Of a stretch of DNA of 64,000 nt, positions 1 through 10,046 are shown piece by piece. Within the stretch, counting starts at the first letter, position 1. Each line of letters begins with the position of its first letter. Source of the DNA: Callorhinchus milii (Eukaryota); the NCBI RefSeq assembly GCF_018977255.1, contig NW_024704743.1, forward strand, positions 28,832,001-28,896,000. Direction: 5' to 3'. Made by a program: the position numbers and the translations under genes. The notes under the pieces were generated by a model. The model was not told where the DNA came from and did not search any database. It saw nothing but the letters and a program-made list of their open reading frames with translations.

Positions 1-480
1 AATTATCCAACCAAAACACAAACACCCACCCATCCACCCACAATAAATAAACTTGTGTACAAGGAAACAAAGAAAAAAAAACTCAAAACACGCAACATTT
101 TCTCTCCTGAAAGATATCACACATCCCCAAAAAATCATAGGTTCTTGAATCTGAAATAATTAATTTCAAAGAGCTCCTAGGTACGGGAATGTTTGGCTTA
201 GATATTCCCCAAACCCCTCGATGGCCAGCAATTTGCAGTATGCTATGTTGAAATTTACCTCCTAACATGTAGTATATGGACAAACCCTCGTGACCCTTCT
301 GCCTCCACCACTCAGTTTGTGCAAGCCTTCAGCCATTCAGCCCCCCCATCTCCCGTCTCTGGAACAAACTCCCTCCTTCCCTCCCTTCCTTCCAGACCGA
401 CCTCTTTGCCCAACTTCCCCCCCACCACCCTTAAGCTCACGCTCATGTGAAGCGTTCTGAGACTCCCACTGTCATAATAC

Positions 481-860
481 TAATAATCCTTACATCATAT
501 TTTGCGCCTCATCACGTCTTTGAGACAACAACAACTTGCACTTATATAGCCCCCTCCACTCAGGGTGCCATCTCAGAGTGCTTAACAGTGGCGGAGCCTG
601 ACTCCGAGCCAGAAGTGGGGGGAAGGGAGGTGACCGTAAGAACGGGCGAAAAGAAAAGTTTTCAGGCGGGACTTGAAAAAGGGGAGAGAGGGGGCAAAGT
701 GGAGGGACGTCTCAAAATACTTCACAGGATATACTCTAAAGTGAATTGAATGTATTTTGTGGGTGAAACGTGGCAGCCAATTGTGCACCGCATTGTCCCA
801 CCAACAATCTTGGACTAAGCGACTAAGTTATTATTATTTTTTTGGAGGGATTATTACCTG
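481..860 (-). mobile_element. Degenerate SINE 3' half interrupted by an L2-type LINE 3' end (~527-705)
   Basis: SINE tail taataatcctt...tttgagac resumes at gacgtctcaaaatacttcacag; the insert begins with a (CAA)n tail. Confidence 0.7.
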
Positions 861-1012
861 TAAAAGGCATTAAATAAATGTAAATAGTTGTTTCAATTAA
901 AAATATTTAAATATTTTTTTTCCTCAGGAATCCCGTATCGTGTTGGAATGAAAGGTATATTGAAAGAATTCTTACACAAAATAAATTTATGCAGTGAGAG
1001 ATGAAGAGATAC

Positions 1013-1137
1013 CTGAAAGTGCATCCTGAGCCTCAAAGAAGGTGCTGAGGCCTCCCTTCACATATGCCAGGCTTCCTTCATTCTTCTTGTTAGCCTGCTT
1101 CCTTAAATAATTTGCAGCAACTTTCAGCTGATCAAAA
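1013..1137 (-). CDS. EXOC2: EXOC2 coding exon (exon 6), 125 bp; not in the ORF track
   Basis: Read manually: (S)[41 protein letters not shown]; acceptor ccttttcag, donor AG|GTATCT; frame continuous with the previous exon. Confidence 0.96.
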
Positions 1138-1420
1138 CTGAAAAGGACAAGGGAAGACATTTTCTAGTTTGCTGATGTAATAGAAGTGAGAAAAAGACAG
1201 CAGACAAGAAATAATAATAATCCTTGTATTCGAAATAGCGCCTTATCACGTCGTTGAGATGCCTCAAAGTGCTTCACAGAATATACTGCAACGTGGACTG
1301 ACTGTGTATTTCAGCAGCCTTATTGCAGGAAATTAAATATATCTGTATATCAGAGAAACAGTTCAAATAAACCCTTATAGGTAACTTTAATCTTTGAAAC
1401 CCAATAAACTTGCAAAGGAT

Positions 1421-1744
1421 TTAATAATAATAATAATAATCCTTGTATTTGATATAGTGCTTTTTACGTCGGGAGGACGTCCCAAAGTGCTTCACAGAAC
1501 ACACTGTAAAGTGAATTGACTGTATATTTGTGGGCGAACGCGGCAGCCAATTGCGCACAGCAATGTCCCACAAACAGTCGTAGATTGAAAATGACCAATT
1601 TATTATTGTTTTTGGTTTTGGAGGGATTATTATTAGGTGTGTGGAGTCAGGAAACTTGCCCAAGGTTTCGCCCTCTGCCTGGAATTGAACTCAGGTCTCT
1701 CACTTGCAAAGCGAGTGCTCTAACCACTGAGCTACAGGACTCCA
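1421..1744 (-). mobile_element. tRNA-derived SINE, young short subfamily, full length
   Basis: tRNA-like head GGAGTCCTGTAGCTCAGTGGTTAGAGC, Deu-like TTTGTGGGACATTGCTGTGCGCAATTGGCTGCC, tail ending (ATT)n; near-identical to other copies. Confidence 0.93.
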
Positions 1745-2789
1745 CGCCTAAATTTTCTATAGCTGAATGATATGTGTCTTAACTACTTTGATTATAAAAT
1801 AGTATCCTAGGAACAGGGATAGGTAATTCTGACCTTGTCCCACCATTCTGCCTACAAAATATGCAATCAATTTTACAGTACTTCCTGTGAAGCGCTTTGA
1901 GATATCTTGATGACGTGATAAGGTGCTTATCAAATGCAAGGATTATTATTATTAGATCATGGCTGCTCTGAGCCTCAACTCCATTAACCCACCTTTTCTC
2001 CATACCCATATCTAACAAAGATCTATCACTCTCAGTCTTGAAAAGTACAATCGAGTAAAATTTCAATTCCAATAAAATTTACTTTAGTTAAGGTTCCAGG
2101 AGCCACACAAACCCTGTATTACACAATATTTATGTGCAGTATTCCATTGAATATCTAAATGGAAACAAGTATTTTATCTTAACAGCTTATCATTAAAACG
2201 TTGTATGAAATGTGAAAAGAATGTCTCAAGCACCATGCTCAGTCAAAAGGAATTGAGCATTTTTTTGAAAAAAGTGTAAAGTAGACTTAAAATAGAGAAG
2301 CAATTACTCATCTTGCATTGGTTTAGTGATGTGTTGTAAACCTATCTATAACTTTTTTTAAAAAAAGCCTCTAAAAAGTACATTTTAAAGCCCTTTTTTA
2401 AAATAGACACTTTTTCCGAATTCCCAGATGTAACATCAGAGTGGAGGTACACCGCAGGCTCTTTTACTGCTTAGTTCCCACGAGACAATTACTTACAAAT
2501 AGGTATTGTGTTATCCTTGTAATGGCACAGAACTCAAACCCCTTCATTTTTAGTTTTTTGTATAAATTTCTCATCGTTAATAACACGGGATAGGGAAGTG
2601 TTCACTGCTTATATCAGGGTGTACAGAGAAATTCACTGCTAATAACAGGCTATCTGGAAGTGTTCACTCCTATTAGTTTAGGGATGCTCAGAAATGTTGT
2701 GAAGCATTTTGAGACATTAAACGTAAAAGGATAGATGACCGAGTCCTACAAGTTTGCAGACCAACTGAAGGAATTTGATTATACAGTAA

Positions 2790-3190
2790 AACTCACGTAT
2801 GTCATATCAGTCGAGATCATAAGATTTCATACGTCTTAAGCAAAGTACGAGTTGCAGGCAAACTGTAGAAGTCGTATTAAATCCGGTAAGTGTGCATGCG
2901 GCGACGCTCAAGACTACATTTCCCGCGATTCAATGCGTCTTCACCCGTCACCACATGCACACTTGCGGCAAACATTAATCAAATAATAATCATTATTATT
3001 CATTGCATTGAATCAGGGAAATGAAGTTCTTCTGCACACGTGATGACAGATGGAGACTACGTTTCCCCTGATAGAATGTAAGTGCACGTGCGTTGATGCG
3101 TCCGGACGTCATTTCCCGCAATTCTAGGCCTTTGGTAAGCGTGGGTGTAATGGAGGATAGGGGAGTGACATTATGGGTTAGGAGGTGAGT
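2790..3190. promoter_or_regulatory. CpG-enriched ZNF143(Staf)/THAP11-type promoter within EXOC2 intron 5, likely bidirectional
   Basis: AGACTACATTTCCCGCGATTCAATGCG (2911-2937), reverse copy ACTTCATTTCCCTGATTCAATGC (~3004-3027), GAGACTACGTTTCCC (3053-3067), GACGTCATTTCCCGC (3105-3119); two CACGTG E-boxes; NRF1-like GTGCATGCG; outward-facing donors GTGAGT at 2791-2796 (-) and 3185-3190 (+). Confidence 0.65.
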
Positions 3191-3662
3191 AATTCGAGTA
3201 GCGTAAAGAAATCTAAGTATTTTTGATAGGAAACTGAACGATACTGGGGGTGAATGTACAATTTAGGCATTTATACAATTTATAAAGATAAGACTTACGC
3301 GAGTTTTACAACTCGTATATGATCTGAACTTTGTTACGTTTCAGGATTCAAACACACTGAATGCAAGTTATTGTATGCAGGAAGACAATTCAATTAGGCA
3401 AGAGTGAAAATACATATCTTTAACTTTGTATGTAGCTATCCAAAGTGTTGATCAGGTTTAAAAGTGAAAACATGAAATAGTTTGGGAATATTACCAGCTT
3501 TTTTGTATGTACTGCAATCGTAATGTAGGACTCAGTTTTGGTGAACAAATTTGTGTATTTCACTTGAATATTTTTTTCTTTTAAATAAAGATTTTAATGG
3601 CGTTGTGTTCACAGATTATCAGCACTGCAGCTTTCACCCTGATAACACCACCAGTTTGACAT

Positions 3663-4588
3663 ATGACACCCAACTCTATTTTTCCACCTCTCTTTGCGAC
3701 CCCCAGTCCCCTGATGTTTTGTCAGCCTACCTTTCAGATCTCAGGGGCTGGACGAGCGCAAATTTCCTTCAACTGAACGTCGACAAGACGGAAGCCATTT
3801 TCGTTGGCTATCGTCAACATCTCAAATCCCACGGCTCTTACCTCCTCCACCTACCCGACTTCCCCCTAAAACTCTCTGAACCCGTACGCAACCTTGGCGT
3901 CAGGTTCAACCCCCAATTGTCCTTCCTCCCCCACATCCAGTCCCTCACCAGCACTGCTTTCTTCCATCTCCAACGCATCGCCCATCCCCGCAAATATCTC
4001 TCTCCGAAAGCCGCTGAAACCCTGGTCCATGCCTTTGTCACCTCTCGGCTGGACTACTCTAACTCCCTCCATGCCGGTCTCCCATCCACTACCATCCATA
4101 AAATCCAAATCATCCGAAACTCTGCCATCCGCATTCTCACCCGCACCAAACTACGTTCCCCGATTACCCCAGTCCTTGTCAGACTGCACTGGCTGCCTAT
4201 CCCAGAGAGGATCGACTCCAAGATCCTCACCCTTACCCTTGTATTCAAATCCCTCCACTCCTCTGCACCCCCCCCTATCTCTCTGACCTCCTTTCTCCTC
4301 AAAACAGGGTCGGGCCTCCTCCTCGTCCCCCGAGCCCTCCGCTCCACCTTCGGTGGCCGTGCCTTTAGCCACTATGCCCCGAGGCTCTGGAATTCCCTTC
4401 CTCACTCCCTTCGTCCCCTCTTTTCCTACTTTCAGGTCCCTTCTGAAGACCTTTCTTTTCGACCGCGCCTTTGGTCACCTTCCTCCCCCTCCCCCTGGCT
4501 CGGCCCCGGAATTCATTACTGTGAAGCGCTCTGAGACGCCGTCCAGCGTGGAGGGCACTATATAAATCCAAGTGGTTGTTGTTGTTGT
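3663..4588 (+). mobile_element. 5'-truncated L2-clade LINE (RT C-terminus + 3' UTR)
   Basis: ORF contains DTQLY, FLQLNVDKTE, VRNLGVRF, LVHAFVTSRLDYSNSL, LHWLPI, FSHYAPRLWNSLP; (TTG)n tail. Confidence 0.93.
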
Positions 4589-5876
4589 ACAATTAATGAG
4601 CTGTAAGGTTGCAGTGTTTGTAAATCACCTTCCAAATCACCACTTTCTAACTAGAAGTAAACATTATGAAAATTCTAAAATGAACATTTTTGAAGCAAAC
4701 ACTACACATTTTAAGGATTATACTACAATATATATATTTTTCATATATTTTTTAAAACTGTCTATTCTAGATTTCCTTTAATGTTGGGTGCACTTATCAT
4801 TTATTTCCTATTAAATCAAGGTGCCTGCCTGAATTTTGGAAAATTATATAACAGAAAGGGAAACAGACTGATATTTTAGAGTCAACTGCTCAAAAAAGGA
4901 TTTGTATCCTATATAAAATGGAGCCAATTTGCTTTACTCCATTTATTGACATGTATCCCACAATGTCCCACCTCTTAGCAACTAGAATTTCTCAGTAAAT
5001 GTCCAAATTTGGACTAATACAGGATCTTTAAGAGTCATCCAAATGTTTTAACACCCCACATGAATCCAAAATGAACTTTTGGTTTATCAGATGCATTTAC
5101 TTCCAAACTGGCTTGGTAGCCAAGACACTGGGGTTTTAAAAGACTTGCTGGAGAAATTGCAGCTTGCACTGGGCAAGAGCCTCGGGACATTAAACACAGC
5201 TCCTCCAGGGAACCCCACGAGTGTCATGTCAATTCAAGAGGGAACTTGTCTTGGAACTAAGATCTCATCAGAGCTGAGATCACATGGATTGACGTGATAC
5301 ACATGTGGATCCATTCAGAACAAATACTCACTTTAGGCCTCAAGGCTCTTTTACCAATAAGAGGCAACATTTATGGTGCTGTTTTCCTCTCAACCTCAAA
5401 GCCCCAGTACAAATACCACTATTCCCTCCTTTGGTTTCTTTTCTTTATGCTGAAAACACTTCCTCCAATAGAAAAATAATCACGGAATAGCCTCTGTCCC
5501 ACTGCCTTAATAACCTTAAAATCTTTATTAAAAAAAAGTTTAAAAGGGGACAAATATTACATCGTTTTAATGCTGCTATCTTAGACATCCAAAGGTGATA
5601 AATAAAGTATAGAATTTTGAAAACTTTTGTGGCTGAAATCCAGAAACCTACTTCAAAACCTATAAAGAACAGGACTGAGCAATTTTCAGCAAAGAACGGG
5701 CAACAGCAGTTGGACAATATCTTCCTGTCCCTCTGTCCTCCCTCTCCCACCACTCCACCAGCCCCCCACCCCGAAACCCCACACCCCATATTGATTACAA
5801 CTTATGCATATATTGTAGCACTTCAGGATCTGTTGCAAAGCAAACTTTTACAGTACATTCAGTTTCTCCTCAAATA

Positions 5877-6183
5877 TGGAGTCCTGTAGCTCAGTGGTTA
5901 GAGCACTCGCTTTGCAAGCGAGAGACCTGAGTTCAATTCCAGGCAGGGCGAAACCTTGGGCAAGTTTCCTTACTCCACACGCCTAATAATAATCCCTCCA
6001 AAAAACAAAACAATAATAAATTGGTCATTTTCAATCCATGACTGTGGGATATTGCTGTACGCAATTGGCTGCCGCGTTCGCCCACAAATATACAGTCAAT
6101 TCACTTTACAGTATATTCTGTGAAGCGTTTTGGGACGTCTAGAAGACGTGAAAAGCACTATATCAAATGCAAGGATTATTATC
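5877..6183 (+). mobile_element. tRNA-derived SINE, young short subfamily
   Basis: Full head-to-tail match to the family; possible TSD AAATA. Confidence 0.92.
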
Positions 6184-6882
6184 ATAAATATAAAAATTGG
6201 TTGCGGCAAAAAGCCTTGGGGGTAACTGAATATTGAGTCAACAGCGGCATCATTTTCTTTATAAACCATACACCGAGGTCTAATGTGAGAAATCCCCAAA
6301 ATAGATGCACTAATTATGACTTCCAATGTGCAAATATCAAAAGCTGTTCTTTTTCCAATAATCTCAAAATGGGTAATTGCTATTTCTAAAAACAAAGTTA
6401 GAAAAAAGTAGGAGGGCACTGCAAGACACTGTACTCACTTTTTTCTAATGAAAAGTGTACTCACTTTTTTCTAGTGAAAAATAGTTCTGGGTAGTTCTAG
6501 TGTCAAAATTAAACATAGAATTCCAAAAATGTAGCAAAGCATGAAAAATTCAACCTGGATTCAAACTATTGTTTGAGTTTGCTTCTAATTTTTGCACAGA
6601 AATGATAATAATAATAATTAGAATAAATGTTAGTATAGCCCTGCAAAAAATAATTGTTTATGGAATTGGATCCCTATTGCATCTTTTGATCCAATCTTAG
6701 CTTTTAAAATACTTGAAAATACACAAAATTGAACATTGTAACATTATCTGTCATTAGAACTTAAAAAGCCTTCTGATGAGATTTGTGTTTTTTTAAATCA
6801 AAATTCAATAATTCTCATACTTATCCCATTCCCTTGTATATGCCATTTCTAAATTTAAAACACAAAATATTGCACATAACAA

Positions 6883-7023
6883 TTCTCAAAAGGGAATTAA
6901 ATAGGTACTTGAAAAGGAAAAACATTGCAGGGAGATAGGGAAAGAGTGGGGCAGTGGGACTGATTGGGAAGCTTTTCCAAAGAGCCAGCAATGGCATCCT
7001 TTTGTGCTGTAATATTCTATGAT
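6883..7023 (+). mobile_element. CR1-type LINE 3' end fragment
   Basis: aaagggaattaaataggtacttgaaaagg...gggcagtgggac...tgtgctgtaatattctatg resembles a CR1 3' terminus. Confidence 0.65.
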
Positions 7024-8617
7024 CCCATAATAACAGAGTCGCAATGATGCTGAAGGAGTTGAGCCAATTTTACAACATTCATTGCGCTAACATTTTTGTG
7101 CTTTTAACTGCAGTTTCTAAACATTCTTTACACCACTCCAAGGGAGGAGACTTCGACAATAAGAAAGCAAACTGGCTATTCCAAACTCAACAAGCTGAAT
7201 ATCCACTCCTTCCGATAAAGGAACACACAATTTAGCTGTGTTATTACTCTTTTTTACACCTAAAGCCTTTTATTCACTGCTAAGAAGCATTGATCGTTTG
7301 TCAGTCTAGGGTGATAATCACACATCAGAACTTGCATTTCGAAAAAGATATTTTTGTCTACGAACTCCAATACTTTAGCAAAAAGGTTATGTTGTTATAC
7401 CCATCAGCAGCCTGACCTATTTTTGTTGTTTTATATGTGGTCAAAGCTAAGATTGGACTTCCATTTCCTGTTACCTGGTGAACAAATTTAGACTACAGGA
7501 CATTGTTTACACTAGTCACAAGTTTCAGGCAGGAAAGTAAGTAATTTTAGGTACAAATCAGTTTCCTTTAGCAAAAAAAACAGACAAAAGTTAACCAAAA
7601 CAGCGGAATTCTGAAAGTTCAGATTTCCCATTACCTGGGTTAAGCAAAGTGCACATTTTTTTAAAAGTAAAAATGGACAATGGTTCATTACATTAACTCT
7701 GCGTTAAACTTACAAAAAAAATCCTACATTGCACCAGCGCTCTTTGCGTAGTGTTTGATAAATTTCAAGAATATAGGTCAACAGATAATTCTGTGCATGG
7801 ACAAGAGATTCTCTGCCCTCTTAAATTTTATTGGTGTCTGAAACAGTAGAGACCAGTGGCTCAGAAACCTAAGCGTTTAGCTCTTTAGGAGGGTTTCTGG
7901 AAGGGAAGTTGCTCAATCGGACAAAACAATACACCACCCAATTTCTGGCTATTGGTACATATAAATCCAGTTTTACATCATTTCTCTCAAATTAGAATTC
8001 AAAAGGCTCCTAACCCCTTAAAGGCACAAGACGACAACTCAAAACAGTCATTCAGACTCGACCGTTTACCAACGAATAAAAAAACCAAATAAATGCATCA
8101 TATAAGTGTTTACTCTATTTCTTGGCAAGGAAAATTTCTCAGGACATTAACCCACAAAAATTCCCTCTGTAATACAAATCGTATCCCATGGAAGGATCCC
8201 GTGCAAATACAACGCAATATTTAGTTTGCAGAGGTCACCTGTGGAATGCAATGTCTACAAGAGTCTGTGGCTAATATTACACGTTTATCTGAAAGTGTTT
8301 ACATGGCACTGATGAAAGAAGGTTCAACAGCAGCAGAGGGCAATCAATGAGCCAGCGTCAGACAGACTTCTCATAGTCTGCAGGTGGTCCCATGGGTTTC
8401 CTGAGAATTTTCTCCAAATACATTTAAGAACAAAGGGAGCTACGGTGGCACAATATGCACACGGAGGGGGGGGGAACCAATGCACAATGCCATGAAGTGT
8501 AGGCACATAGCCTCAAAGTCTTTTAGCAGACTGGATGGAGCAATTGTGTACTCCTGCCTGAAATGGTTAATATGATATGCACTCTCAAAGCAGAAATGCC
8601 CAGCTGTGGTCTGAAAT

Positions 8618-8646
8618 TTGTGTGTGTGTGTCTGTGTGTGTGTGTG
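8618..8646 (+). repeat. (TG)n microsatellite
   Basis: Visible TG run with one interruption. Confidence 0.9.
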
Positions 8647-9495
8647 AGAAAGATCAGACAGCCCCTAGAAGTAAATTATCAAATTCAGCCAACCCCAAAT
8701 GGTGCTGAGTTCCTCTGAAACCACACTTGGTGTTCATAATGCCCAGTGTGAAACCAGCCATACAAATCTGGATGATCCCACATCTGATCCTTTGACTGTA
8801 GGCTTTGGATAAACTCGTTTAACAATCGAGAGCCCAAGTAGTATTTAAAAAAACATGCTTATTAGGATTAAAAGTATGTTTTCCAATACCATTTCATTTT
8901 GGCCCTTGAACTGTATTTCCGCCAATCGACAATTCAATTTGCTGTTGAATGCAGATTTCAGAATCCACTTTTATCTACAAAACACAGTCACTGCACTTTA
9001 CAGTAAATCCTGTAAATTGCTTTATAAATTATAAACCTTACATATGATATAACGTCTTTCACATCAGAAGGCCATCTCAAAGTGATTCTAAGATTTTGCT
9101 GCAGATTGTAATGACTGTCTAGTTTGTGTATTTAATAACAAATTTATTAAAAATCTTACAAACAAATCTTATGTTGATTTTTCTTTCCCCTGTAATAATG
9201 CAATGTACTCACATGAATGCACAAATATTTGAAACAGACTGTGCAATGCAATAGTTCAGGAAAACATTTAAATCTGTGTGAATTTCTCCACGTAAGAAAT
9301 TTGGAGAAGCACTGTATCACATTTCCATACTGATACCAAGTTTAGACAATCCTATGAAATATTCCATGGTCGATAACAATTCCCGTTTTCTATTTTATAA
9401 TATTCATCTCTAAAATGTTCTAGAAAGTCATTAATAGATCATATGATTGATAAAGTATTGCCGATTCACCATCCCAACCGTTAGTCAAGGGGTTG

Positions 9496-9850
9496 TAATA
9501 ATAATAATCCTTGGATTTGATATAGCGCCTTATCATGTCAATGAGACGTCTCAAAGCGCTTCACAGAATATATTGTAAAGTGGATTGACTGTATTTTGTG
9601 GCGAGACCCAGCAGCCAATTGCGCACAGCAGCGTCCCACAAACAGCCATAGATTGAGTGGGGGGGAGGGATTATTACCTCCAGAAAGTGATCTCCTAATC
9701 AACCAACAACCGGGTTCCTACTTACTGCTAGGTAAACAGAGGTGTGTGGGGTAAAGAAAGTTGCCTAGGGTTTTGCCCTGTCCAGGAATCAAACCCAGGG
9801 TCTTCTTCTTTGTGAAGCGAGCACGCTAACCACTACGCTATGGAACTCCA
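9496..9850 (-). mobile_element. tRNA-derived SINE, older long subfamily
   Basis: Contains the extra CCTCTGTTTACCTAGCAGTAAGTAGGAACCCGG segment; more diverged. Confidence 0.88.
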
Positions 9851-9932
9851 CAGTGAGTTAAACTCACTTGACAAGACCAGACATTTAAAACAAAACATTG
9901 TTCCAATGACGAGCACATGCATTGTTACTGAC

Positions 9933-10046
9933 CTTGTAACTGAGTGGTTTTCTATCAGATACCAGGTGGCTGAGAAGTTTTCACTGGTAAAATCTCCGCT
10001 CATGCCTTCAAACAACCCTTCCAGGTCCTTCTGAGGGACTTTGCCT
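9933..10046 (-). CDS. EXOC2: EXOC2 coding exon (exon 5), 114 bp
   Basis: (K)[37 protein letters not shown](S); acceptor tttttgtag, donor AG|GTCAGT. Confidence 0.96.

Noticed and set aside
1421..1770. Recurrent ORFs such as MGKFPYST...WDIAVRNWLPR...KDYYYY as a gene family
   Set aside because: They are reading frames through SINE copies; the poly-Y comes from the (ATT)n tail.
3551..4534. 327-aa ORF as an active reverse transcriptase or host gene
   Set aside because: 5'-truncated L2 lacking an intact YADD and the upstream RT/endonuclease domains, with a frameshifted end and a non-ATG start.
5877..5950. Genuine tRNA-Ala genes
   Set aside because: Every tRNA-like head runs into a SINE body and tail, and T-stem/acceptor pairing is imperfect.
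6430..6480. 26-bp tandem duplication tgtactcacttttttcta.tgaaaa
   Set aside because: Ordinary slippage duplication with no sign of function.
7044..7400. Possible ancient Penelope GIY-YIG remnant (GGDFDNKKANWLF)
   Set aside because: Similarity too weak to call by eye.
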